From Octopus vulgaris (taxonomy: Eukaryota): a stretch of DNA of 64,000 nt. Positions within the stretch are counted from its first letter, which is position 1. Every line of letters starts with the position of its first letter. The notes under the pieces were generated by a model, which had not been told where the DNA came from, searched no databases, and was given only the letters and a program-made list of their open reading frames with translations. A program made the translations under genes and the position numbers. The stretch lies in NCBI GenBank assembly GCA_951406725.2, contig OX597819.1, positions 5,146,001-5,210,000 on the forward strand, written 5' to 3'. Of this stretch, positions 39,325 to 51,133 are shown piece after piece.

Positions 39325-40274
39325 TAACAAATAATAAATATTTAAGTGAAGTTAAGTTTTTGAATGGCTAATATGTATCACGCTGTAATTAGTTTGGTTT
39401 TTGTATTTTCATAGGAATCCTGCTTTTTAGCCATCACAAGATTGACTGCAATTGACCAATCAGCATTGCCAATATGTTGTTTTCAGACAACACAACCTTG
39501 AGGAAATGCAATGCAACTTGACAATTTGATTGGAATTTAATTTCAGAGGTAGTGAAATTGATACCTAGACCACAATAACAACAAAACTGTTCATAATGTA
39601 GAAAATAAGAGAGATGAAAAAACAATAATCATGAATGACTGAGTACAAAAACATAATTTAGAAAATGAATATTTTTTTATAAACATCTGTTTCCTAATCA
39701 TGAACAAAAAACAATATTGTAACCTTGGTATGTATTCCATTCTGACCTCTGCTGTATTGGCTTGGTAATAATGAGTCAGTATTGCATGATGACTGTCTTT
39801 CATTCTCTTAAATTGAAGCACGAACTGTGAAGAAGTGTTTCTGTTTTTTAGTTTTTGATAAGAACAATGGAATTGCATTTGAAATTGAAACAAGAATTTC
39901 ACTATAATATTATTGAAAAATGATTTCAGCATATTGTTATTTGACAGTTTTTTTTTTTTGTTAAGAACAAAAAACTTAGAGTTTTATGCATTGAATTTTT
40001 CTCACTTTTAATATATAATACCAAATGTTTTAACTTTATTTTTCTTAAATCTACTCAATTTGAATTCCTGATATATTGAATTGCATCCACTTGCCCCCCC
40101 CCCCCTCTCTTGACAGAATTGTAGTTTACCACTTAATGCAATGCCTTTTTGTAATATCTCATGTTTTGATGTTACATTTTGTTGCCATTGAGCAGATGTG
40201 GGAACTGACATGAGCTAACTGGATGATGAACTAGTTACTGTCCAGGATGTAAAAAAAAACCCACTAAGAAAATC

Positions 40275-40555
40275 ATTATCATCATCATCATCATCATCAT
40301 CGTTTAACGTCCGTTTTCCGTGCTAGCACGGGTTGGACAGTTCGACCGGGGTTTGGGGAGCCAGGGGCTGCTCCAGGCTCCAGTCTGATCTGGCAGTGTT
40401 TCTACAGTTGGATGCCCTTCCTAACGCCAACCACTCCACGAGTGTAGTGGGTGCTTTTTACGTGCCACCTGCACAGGTGCCAGAGGGGTCTGGCATCGGC
40501 CACGACTGGTTGGTGCTTTTTATGTGCCACCGGCACAGAAGCCAGTCGAGGCGGC
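40275..40555 (-). mobile_element. S3 retroposon (two repeat motifs)
   Basis: (CAT)n, tail, core and motifs in reverse orientation. Confidence 0.85.
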
Positions 40556-40559
40556 AATC

Positions 40560-41610
40560 AGATGTCGAGCAGATGAAGAGAGTGAAGGAAGCATTAGATG
40601 TTTCCTGAGGATGTTTCCACTGTTCAAATAAATACATGCAGAACAAAATAACAAAACAAGAAGATAAAGACTCAGAGAATATCTAGACCTCAGTAGAATC
40701 AAGCATGATGTGAAGAATATAGAAGATATCATTGATCCAATATGTAGCATGTGCAATCAATGTTGCAGGTACATTTGTCTTCAAGTATTGCTGCTCCTTA
40801 TAAAGCGAAGCAAGACTTGTTGGAAGCAGAAGCTGGTGCCAGTAGTGTTGCATCCTTTTATAATAACAATGTAAATAAAGCAATGCCTTCTTTGACCCAA
40901 TCAACATCTGAATCTTGCCACATTTAAAGAAATAAAAAGAAAGACAAAAATTGAAAGAAAGCAGTAATATGAAGCATGGTAGGAGATTGCTTCCAAAGTA
41001 GGTTTACATCACAAAGTTGCAGAATATTAATATTAAATACTTCATGTCTTATTGTCTTGGTTTGGTACTATTAACGTCTCTGGTTAAGGCCAAGACATCA
41101 TTCAGCCGTGGAAAACAAAGCTGTAGACTTAATAACTACAAAAGGTGTGTGGATGATTGATGGGATGATTGTTTTAAAACAGCGATACTCATCCTTTGCG
41201 CCTGTGATCTTCTATTTTCTTGCAGAGGTTTTTTTTTAAGAGAAAGTATTGAAAATAGCTGACCACAAGAAACCAGTAAAATCTATTTTGCACCAAATGT
41301 AACTCATAAATCTTCTGACATTTGTTGAGAATGGATCATACATAGCATATGGGAAAGAATGTCATGCCCTTTCGAATAACTGTAGAGTGGTAAAGGTCAT
41401 GCCATTATGGTCATGAAGAAGTGAACATCTGGTTATTTATGCACTCAAAATATGTTCAGAAGCATTTTCACCAGTCACTACTATAAACTTCCATATTGGT
41501 TCCAGCAGATGTGGTTATAAAGATACGCACCAGCATGGGATGTGCAGAGAAGTTTATGGCTCCTCTTCTCTTCCACACCAGTTGTGGTAACAAAGTTTGC
41601 ACTCTTGGCG
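40560..41610 (+). pseudogene. Decayed AcademX-like transposase / XPG(PIN)-like nuclease fragment
   Basis: Colinear motifs across frameshifts: LSRIKHDVKNIEDII, HLSSSIAAPYKAKQDLLEAE, FFDPI..LNLATFKE, VWMIDGMIVLKQ (41147), YIAYGKECH, GHEEVNIWLFMHSK (41409, HEEADTR-like), ADVVI, LLFHTSCGNK. Confidence 0.6.
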
Positions 41611-41709
41611 CCTCTGTAGTCAGTATGGCTTTTAAGCTGCATCAGCCCTGGTTGGATTCCACCATTCACTGGAAATTAGAGAAGGAAAGATCAAGCCTTT
41701 CTCACTTAA

Positions 41710-41929
41710 CCCTTTCATTACCAACCCGGTTGAAACCGGCTCTGGCTCTGAGTACAAATGTCTTGTTTTCATAAGTTTTGAATTAAAATATACCACCAAA
41801 CCTTAGTCACAATTTATGTTCCAAACAATAGCTGAATGATAACTAAGTTATTTTACTAAATTCTTTGTTATATTTAAAGTAATTGGAAGAAACACAAAGC
41901 ATCTCAAAATAAATACAGTAACAAAAGGG
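41710..41929. mobile_element. piggyBac-like MITE (family 1), opposite orientation
   Basis: TTAA-CCC...GGG-TTAA; reverse complement of 25712-25932. Confidence 0.85.
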
Positions 41930-42423
41930 TTAATGATTATACATGAACACTACATTCATGCCCATAAAGTGCTTGGTATATCTTTTTTCCCTTCTGACAA
42001 TCTTGTTTCTTGTTTGGTGCAATTTGTATGTCACATGTCTAGCTGATAGAAAGCATCAGATGTGAATGACACCAAATATAACCGGGTGTGCACGGACACA
42101 CACACACACATAGGGAGAGACAGAGACTTTCTCTAAACCAGTGGCTCTCAACCATTTTTTAGCTATGAACCACTTTGATTCCTATTTTACTAGGGTGGAC
42201 CCTCAGAGTCAGTCAATGTTTAAAAAATCTTATATTTTTATAATCAAATATTATTAGGAATTGTATTTTTTTTTTAAATTAAAACATTTTGTGTGTATTG
42301 GAGAAATATAACCAATTTGTTGCACAGAATTTTTAACAAACAAAATCTATGAAAACCATTGCTCAAAACAAAGACTCTCTTGTGAAGTATATAATATGTG
42401 CTAATTTTCAAGCAGGTGTATAG

Positions 42424-42655
42424 ATGGCAAGCTGGCAGAAACGTTAGCACGCCGGGTGAAATGCCTAGTGGTATTTCGTCAGCCATTACGTTCTGAGTTC
42501 AAATTCCGCTGAGGTTGACTTTGCCTTTCATCCTTTCAGGGTTGATTAAATAAGTACCAGTTATGCACTGGGGTCGATCTAATTGACTCAATCTGTTTGT
42601 CTGTCCTTGTTTGTCCTCTTTGTGTTTAGCCCCTTGTGGGTAGTAAAGAAATAGG
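42424..42655 (+). mobile_element. S2 SINE
   Basis: Head gctggcagaaacgttagcac...gagttcaaattcc, core, and ccttgtgggtagtaaagaaatagg tail. Confidence 0.88.
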
Positions 42656-43582
42656 TGTACATCTCCACTATATGGAATCAATACCAGAAATACCTTTTCT
42701 AAATGACACTGCTTGTATAGCAGTGACACTCATTTACAACTATCATACAATGTCAAAAGAAGGAGACACATGCACACAAACACACACACACACACAATAA
42801 CAGCTTGATTCAGCTTAATACGGCTCAAAGTTTTATGGCACAAAGACACATCCATCACATGAGATATTAGGAGAGCAGGTATATGTATATATATATATAC
42901 TGCACAATATATGTATTTATTTAATCTAATGCTACTCACAAATAAACTCCTTTAGTAGGTCAGGCTACAAACTACATAGCAAACCAATACATAGGGGTGT
43001 AATGTATAGTTCTATGCAGCTGAAATCCTTTAAATCCAATCAGTTATTATTTCATTTGGAGTATATAGAATATATCTTACTAAATCTCCTTACAAAACTT
43101 TTTTAACAGTTATTGTCTTCCATACATTATTATTTCAATGATGTGTATATTGGAGTTGAAGAATGGATGTAACCACAATATTCTATGGATCTGATGAGCT
43201 AGCCTTAAAATAATTTATTATACATTAGAATTAATTATTTTCCCATGATGTTGGCTGCAAAACCATTGTAATCTTATGGATTGGTGAAATATATTAATCT
43301 CCTAACTTTACATATTTAGAAGATTTTGAAAATTATATTTAACACAGTCACAATATTTAAAGAAAGGTTTTCTTAAAAGCTATTAATTATTTTGAAAAAT
43401 TTAAAAAAAAGCTACGTCATGAATCTTTGGGGAAAAAAACTTTTTGTATCGTGTGTATTTTGTGGGTAAGCACTTTTGTTGTTCAACTTTTCAAGCACAT
43501 GTATTTGGGCGGTCATCTATATAGAGTGAATACACTGTGGGACTGAACCCATAAGCATGTGGTTGGGAAGCAGTTTTCTTAA

Positions 43583-43802
43583 CCCTTTTGTTACCGTATT
43601 TCTGCTGAGATGCTCTGTGTTTCTTCCAATTATTTTAAATATGACAAAGAATTTAGTAAAATAACTTGGTTATCATTAAGCTAGTGTTAGGAACATAAAT
43701 TGTGACTAAGGTTTGGTGGAAGATTTTAATTCAAAACTTATGAAAACAAGACATTTGTACTCAGAGCCAGAGCCGGTTTCAGCCGGGTTGGTCACGAAAG
43801 GG
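43583..43802. mobile_element. piggyBac-like MITE (family 1) nested in an S1 head fragment
   Basis: TTAA TSD; the flanks rejoin as ...gggaagcagttttcTTAAccacacagtcacacc. Confidence 0.88.
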
Positions 43803-44047
43803 TTAACCACACAGTCACACCTGAAAATGAAATATATCTGAAAAGACACCTCTTGTCCATGTTAATCAATTTGAGCTATTGTCCCCACAGTTACTGCATA
43901 TAGAATGAACCAAACTTTTCTAGGTGCAATCCCATGATCATCTGCTTCTCTAACTTTTTTTTTTTTTTTTTTTTTTTTTACTACTGCTGCTAATAATCTT
44001 TCCATAGTAATAGCTGAAATACAAAAAAAAAGTGAAAGAAAAATATG

Positions 44048-44447
44048 GAGTGGCTGTGTGGTAAGTAGCTTGCTTACCAACCACATGGTTCCGGGTTCAG
44101 TCCCACTGCATGGCACCTTGGGCAAGTGTCTTCTACTATAGCCTTGGGCCGACCAAAGCCTTGTGAGTGGATTTTGTAGACGGAAACTGAAAGAAGCCCG
44201 TCGTATATATGTATATATATATATGCGTGTGTGTGTTTGTGTGTCTGTGTTTGTCCCCCTAGCATTGCTTGACAACCGATGCTGGTGTATTTACGTCCCC
44301 GTTACTTAGCGGTTCGGCAAAAGAGACCGATAGAATAAGTACTGGGCTTATAAAAAGAATAAGTCCCAGGGTCGAGTTGCTTGATGAAGGGTGGTGCTCC
44401 AGCATGGCCGCAGTCAAATGACTGAAACAAGTAAAAGAGTAAAAGAG
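44048..44447 (+). mobile_element. S1 SINE
   Basis: Colinear with S1. Confidence 0.9.
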
Positions 44448-45283
44448 TTTAGCTTCTTTTCAGTGTAGGCGTTTAGCAAAACTAGGATAGTAGTCATTGA
44501 AACTTTGCAATGCAGCTCATAAAAGCTTACATAACATGATCAGTAAACCTCATCATAAAATGTTCACTACACTATTCTTTCACATGAGCTTTAATTAATT
44601 TCATAATTAAAATTGGTTTTGAATGAATTAGATAAAAAGAAAGATGTAAAGTGTCTTTTATCAAAAATCATGAAATTTGCAATGAAGAGTCATCACACAA
44701 ACTGTTTATTAAAAAAAAAAAACCCATCATATTCTATTTTGATTGAGAAGCTTTGATGGCTCCCTTCCACACACACATGCACAGATTAATTGATATAAAT
44801 TTGGCTGGAAAAGTTAACATTATATTCACTTCATGTAGTGTTAAGATGAATCTTCATCAAATAGCATGTTAAAAAAATGACTGAATACATCTAATTTTGA
44901 GGGATTCTGAAATTATCGATTAGTTCAGTCTATAATAAAATGTTTACCCCTCACCTATTACGTAAAAATCTACAATGGTTTTTAGTTCATTCAAAGCCAA
45001 TTTTAATTTTCTAATTAAAGAAAGTTCACATTAAGAAATGATGTTACTAGACTGATTTTGTAAAGGTGTTCACTGATCTTAAGAAAACAGAAATGTTATG
45101 TAAGCTTTTACAGTTTCATTACAAAGTTATAATAAGAATTATACTAGTTTAAAAAAACCCACATGAACTGAACTAAAGTATTTAAATGGTTCATGTGCTG
45201 TGTCTCTACTAGGTTTGTTTCTGTTTTCTAGCTCAATAGCATGTATAAAACAAACACCAGCTCATAAGGGTTTATGTAACTTG

Positions 45284-45585
45284 ATAAAAAGCACCATCCG
45301 AACGTGGCTGTTGCCAGCGCCGCCTTGGCTGGCTTTCTAGCCGGTGGCACGTTAAAAGCACCAACTGATCGTGGCTGATGCCAGACCCCCCTGGCACCTG
45401 TGCAGGTGGCACGTAAAAAGCACCCACTACACTCGCGGAGTGGTTGGCTCTAGGAAGGGCATCCAGCTGTAGAAACACTGCCAGATCAGACTGGAGCCTG
45501 GTGCAGCCTCCTGGCTTCCCAGATCCCCGGTTGAACCCGTCCAACCCGTGCTAGCGCGGAAAACGGATGTTAAACGATGATGATG
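45284..45585 (+). mobile_element. S3 retroposon
   Basis: Two and a half repeat motifs, core and (GAT)n tail. Confidence 0.85.
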
Positions 45586-46535
45586 TTGGTAATTTTAGCA
45601 GTTTGTTCAAATCTAATTTGCATAGTTAAATTTTTTTGTATTATTATTTAACAGAATTGAAATCCTAAAACCAAAGTGCTGCATAAAAAGCATAGGTTTG
45701 GGTGCTGGTGCCATGTAAAAAGCACTCAGTACACTCTGTAAAGTGGTTGGCATTAGGAAGGGCATACAGCTGTAGAAACCGACTCTGGAATCTAGTTCGG
45801 CCTCAGCTCCACTCAAGTTATCTAACCCATGCTGGCATGGAAAATGGGTGTTAAATGTTGTTGTTGATGATGATGACTTATGTTAGACATTCATTCTTCC
45901 ATTATATAAATAGTTCCAAATTTTGACACAAGGCCAGCAATTTGGAGAGAGGGATGAGTCAATTACATTGATCCCACTGCTCAACTGGTACTTATTTTAT
46001 TGACCCTGTAAGAGTGAAAGACAAAGTTGACCTCAGCAGAATTTGGAATCAGAATATAAGGAGCCTTAAGAAATGCCACTAACCATTTTGTCTAATGTAC
46101 TAACAAGTCTGCCAGCTTGCTTCCATTATATAAATGCTTCTCATAACCAACAGTAGTCTTTATATTAATCTAAAAACTAGTGTTTGACTATGAGATCTAG
46201 TTAATATTTATAAAGCTAATGAAAAAAAGACAAAGATTCTTTATAAAAACCAGAGATCATTATGACTAAAGCAAGATGTTAGACTAAAGATAAATTGACT
46301 TTTAAATTAGAAATATTAAAATTTCTAAGTCTCCCTAAAGGAGACTACAGCAGCGATTCTGGAAATTAACAGTTAGCGCCAAGCTAACATGGCAGTCCAT
46401 AAATATATGACGAATGCTGCCGTTGATTAGCTCCAAGAGGCCATCGCCTCTAGCTAGCTATATGACACATGAACCTGTGTCCATTATAACCTTCCAACAG
46501 GGGAGGTTGGCCACTCCCCCTTGCTGGTCAGGCAT

Positions 46536-46576
46536 CTGCAGACATGTTTCGGAGTATTTGCCCTTTATCAATGCAG
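46536..46576 (-). ncRNA. Degenerate minimal hammerhead ribozyme motif
   Basis: Minus strand CUGCA | UUGAUAA | aGGG-caaaua-CUCc | GAAAC-au-GUC | UGCAG. Two core mismatches versus CUGAUGA; palindromic ACAUGU stem III. Confidence 0.5.
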
Positions 46577-46906
46577 GTACCTACCTGTTTTATCAATTCT
46601 GAAAGGATGAAAGGCAAAGTTGATCCCGGCAGAATTTGAACACAGAATGTAAAGATGGATTAAATACTGCTAAGCATTTCACTCAGCATGCTTATATTTC
46701 TGCTAGCTTAGAGCTTGGCTAAAATATTGACAAAGCTGAAACACAGTGTAAATTAAGACAATAAACATCTTTTGTTTTGAGCTAGAAACCTGTTGAGTTA
46801 CTTTGCCAGTCAGCTACCTTCAACTATTAGGTCTCTTTGAGATGATGATAGCTTTCAAGTGATACTTATCTTGATGATAATATACCTAATTCATTTATAT
46901 ATATAT

Positions 46907-47182
46907 CATCATCATCATCATTTAGCATCCGCTTTCCATGCTAGCATGGGTTGGACGGTTCAACTGGGGTCTGTGAAGCCAGAAGGCTGCATCAGGCCCA
47001 GTCTGATATGGCAGTGTTTCTACGGCTGGATGCCCTTCCTAACGCCAACCACTCCGTGAGTGTAGTGGGTGCTTTTTACGTGCCACCCGCATGGGTGCCA
47101 GACGGAGCTGGCAAACGGCCACGGACGGATGGTGCTTTTTACGTGCCACCGGCACGGGGGCCAGGTGAGGCTGGCAACGGCA
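46907..47182 (-). mobile_element. S3 retroposon (62-bp unit subfamily)
   Basis: Same subfamily as 60817-61280. Confidence 0.85.
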
Positions 47183-47621
47183 TATATATTGTAAATCTTA
47201 TCTGGAAAATTGACTTTTTTTTTTGTACTTCAGAAGAATTTAGAGTTTTATTACTTATTTCATCAATTTACTATTCATGTCAGGTGTTATTGTTGCTAAC
47301 TTAACGATCCCTTGAGTAGCCATTGTTGGAAAATGCTGCACCACTAGTGCGCGCGCACACACACACACCTTAAGCCTTAATTAATGTCCTTGGTTTATTA
47401 AAGTAATCAATGAGTTGAACTCACTTCTTAGTTCTATCAGAACTATTAAATTACTTCCTGTTCTGGTACAGAACTAAAATTAATATAAATTACCTTTTGT
47501 TGTTAATTTTTTCTAATTATTTACAGCCAGTAGCTCTGTCTCCAGTAACAATTGAAATAAATAGAATAATTTTCTTCTCATTCCTATGGTTCTTCAATTT
47601 ATTTCCTTTCTTCTTTTGCAG

Positions 47622-47686
47622 TTAACAGTGACTCCAATCACAAGCGAATTGCATACGTAGAGCAATGCTTTGGTGCATCAGGGGAA
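47622..47686 (+). CDS. PLEKHF2: PLEKHF2/Phafin2-like exon (N-terminal, phase 1 to phase 0)
   Basis: Polypyrimidine tract + tttgcag acceptor and gtgagt donor. Translates (x)NSDSNHKRIAYVEQCFGASGE, similar to the Phafin2 N-terminus as I recall it (NSEANTRRISIVENCFGAAGQ). Confidence 0.9.
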
Positions 47687-48006
47687 GTGAGTAAAATATT
47701 TTACATCTTCAAAGAAATTTTTTTACATTTCAAAGTAATTGCTACATTTTCTTCACTGAATTTTCTAAAAATTTATCTTTTAAAAAAAAGAAGAAATGAA
47801 TATTGTTTAGTCCAACTTGATGTGAAAAATTATTTACAATTACTGCCTGGCACCAACAAAAATGGCAATCATTTATTCTTCCTTATCACAATACTTATTA
47901 TCTCACTATGTATTTGGAAAAATATTTTCAACATTTTATCTGACACAATGCATCATTTCTGCTTCTTCATCATTTCAGATTATAAGTTTTGAAAAAAATG
48001 TAATGG

Positions 48007-48054
<48 letters not shown>

Positions 48055-48202
48055 TGTGTGTGTGTGTGCGTGTGCGCTTTTATGTCTATTTTTTTTCTGT
48101 CTGACCTTCTTGTTTCTTGTTTTATTCTTTAGGATTTAATGAAAGTTTTTACCATTGCAAGATTCATACATAACAAAATGGCAAGGCATTTTAGTTAATT
48201 AA

Positions 48203-48896
48203 CCCTTTAGCATTTAAACAGGCCATCATCATCATCATCATCATCATCATCGTTTAACGTCCGTTTTCCGCGCTAGCACGGGTTGGACGGTTCAACCGGG
48301 GTCTGGGAAGCCAGGGGCTGCACCAGGCTCCAGTCTGATCTGGCAGTGTTTCTACAGCTGGATGCCCTTCCTAACGCCAACCACTCCGCGAGTGTAGTGG
48401 GTGCTTTTTACGTGCCACCTGCACAGGTGCCAGGGGGGTTTGGCATCGGCCACGATCGGTTGGTGCTTTTAACGTGCCACCGGCACGGAAGCCAGCCAAG
48501 GCGGCACTGGCTTCAGCCACGATTCGGATGGTGCTTTTTATGTGCCACCGGCACAGAAGCCAGTCGAGGCGGTGCTGGCAACGGCCACGTTCGGATGGTG
48601 CTTTTTATGTGCCACTGGCACAGGTATCACAACTACTATTTCCATTGATATTTATTTCAATGTTCATGTTCATATCTGGCCCAAATATTCTATCTATTTT
48701 ATCTGGCCCAAATACTCCATCTATTTTATGTTGAAGCTGGCCAGATCTGACCTCTCATACCTAGTCTACAATGTCATTCTAAAAGTAAACAATTACATCA
48801 TTAAAATTTCGAAGTTATGAGATAATCCATAATTAATTCAAAACAATATGAATGAATAAACATTATATTTGACGGAGTAATATGAATACTAAAGAG
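48203..48896. mobile_element. piggyBac-like MITE (family 2) interrupted by an S3 retroposon (about 48225-48625, - strand)
   Basis: TTAA-CCCTTTAGCATT...AATACTAAAGAG; the S3 copy carries four repeat motifs. Confidence 0.7.
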
Positions 48897-49709
48897 TTTC
48901 ATGAAGACAGCTTCTAGAATCTGGGGTTAGCTGAATTAGTTTGTGTGTGTGTGTGGATAATTTGACACCTGTGGAATGGATGTGCACATTACATTAGTAC
49001 ATGAGTGTGTATATACTTTATCTTCTTCAGGTCATCAATGTTGACTGGTCTCGTTCTGTAATCATCTGTGGCAGGCTCGCATATGAGCCACAAGGCCTGC
49101 TTGCATATGGGCCACAAGGCCTGCTCTTGATCTGCAGCAATGATGACGTATGCTACAGTTGAAGCTTCTTGACACCATGGAGAAATGACACCTCTCATGT
49201 TTTCTTTCATATTCCCTCTGTTGTTTCACATCAACAGTTGGAATTATGAGCTTCAGTAATCAGTGCCATTCATCATGCCAATGGGCCTTCTTCTCTCAGA
49301 TACTTGGGGAGATGCTAGAGTTCTTCATATGTTTTTTCAGCACATCCTTGTTTATGCTTCATTTACTGCCTCTGTGTGTGTGTGTGTATGCATATTTTTG
49401 CATTCCACACACACACACACACACACACACATGTTGATTGTGTGCCTGTTTTCACTCAGGAACCTCAAATGGCAACTCCTTGGAATGCTTTACAAACTTT
49501 CTCTGTACCTGTAATCAATTGCATTTGGTGAACACACAATAGGTTGCTTTGTTCTTCATTTTGAGAACCTAGAATTTCTAGATTTTCATGCAGATTTGTT
49601 GTGACAGAGTTCAGTACACTTATGGTAGTAGATGCAAATAGAAACCTATATCCTTCCCATCTTCTCATTACTTTCAGTGCAGCTCTCATATAAACATACT
49701 ATATCTCTG

Positions 49710-49992
49710 AATTGACCAGACTATCAGATGTTGTTATCCACCACTGATCACAGTGCACTTCCTAGCATTGTTTTAGCTTTCAAATGTCCACTGGACAGGC
49801 ATGTAAGCCAACACCTCCCACTGAATGGAATACCAGTCCGTCTCATGGTTAGCCATTAACAGCTGATTGAACTGGAGCCATATGAAATGATGTGTATTGC
49901 TCAAGAACACAACACACTACCTGGTCTGGGAACTGAAACCACAATCTTGCAATAGTGAATGTAGCATCCTTACCACTAGGCCATGCACCTTC
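49710..49992 (-). mobile_element. SINE with S4-like head/CORE and S5-like tail
   Basis: 49860-49990 resembles 2330-2450; 49714-49785 resembles 17245-17315. Confidence 0.65.
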
Positions 49993-50014
49993 ACATATAT
50001 ATGTACACATAATA

Positions 50015-50490
50015 TCTCAATCGTTCTTGAGGGCGTGGAGCTGGAGGATGTGGAGTCCTTCGTCTACCTGGGTTCAACAGTGGTTCCAACGGGCCAGGCC
50101 ACAGCCGAGGTCGAGCATCGCATAGGTGTTGCCAGATCTGCATTCGTGCGCCTCCAGCAGTGCCTGTGGGACAGAAGAGAGATCTCCTCGGTGACCAAAG
50201 GGCGAATCTACCAGGCCCTCGTTCGTACTATCCTCCTCTATGGTTGCGAAACATGGCCTATGAGGGTAGTCGATCAGTGAAAGCTGGAGGTGTTCGACAA
50301 TGACTGTCTCTGCTGCATTCTTCGCTGCCGACGCATTGATCAGGTTCCTACAGCCGGTCTTCATCATCGCCTGAATCTTCGGCCCCTCCCTTCAGTGCTT
50401 CTACAACGGTACTTAAGGTGGTTCGGTCATGCGGCCCAGCGTCCAGAGGGTGAGCTGATTCGCGATGTCCTCCTCCCACCTCCACTGAAG
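50015..50490 (+). mobile_element. RTE-clade LINE fragment (end of RT domain)
   Basis: LEDVESFVYLGS...EVEHRIGVARSAF..L...TKGRIYQALVRTILLYGCETW...*KLEVFDNDCL...LRWFGH, with one in-frame stop. Confidence 0.9.
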
Positions 50491-50821
50491 AGCTGCCCAA
50501 GCACTATGTCTGTTTTGGCATGGATGGATACCCTTCCTAATGCCAACCACTTTACAGAGTGCACTGGGTGCACCTATGCAGCACTGGCATGAGTGCTTTT
50601 TACATGGCACCAGCACAGTTGCTTTTTATGTGACACCAGCCCACAAGACTAGAGATGCTCAGCTGAAGAGGGATACAGGGGACGTGGCTATATGCAAGGA
50701 CAACCACAATTTTACATAGCTTGATGTGTCTTTTTAAGCACAACAAATCACCAGAAGACTCGGTCTCTTGTCTGGGCCTTATATATTTTTATAAATAGAT
50801 ATAGATATAGTATTTTTGAGG

Positions 50822-51133
50822 TACCAGTGCCGGTGGCACATAAGAAAACCATCCGAGCGTGGCCGTTCGCCAGCCTCGTCTGGCACCTGTGTCGGTGGCA
50901 CAAAAAACACCATCCGAGCGTGGCCGTTCGCCAGCCTCGTCTGGCACCTGTGTCGGTGGCACATAAAAAGCATCCACTACACTCATGGAGTGGTTGGCGT
51001 TAGGAAGAGCATCCAGCTGTAGAAACACTGCCAGATCTGACTGGCCTGGTGCAGCCTTCGGGCTTCCCAGACCCCAGTTGAACCGTCCAACCCATGCTAG
51101 CATGGAAAGCGGACGTTAAACGATGATGATGAT
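50822..51133 (+). mobile_element. S3 retroposon with three repeat motifs
   Basis: About 61-bp units, core and (GAT)n tail. Confidence 0.85.
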
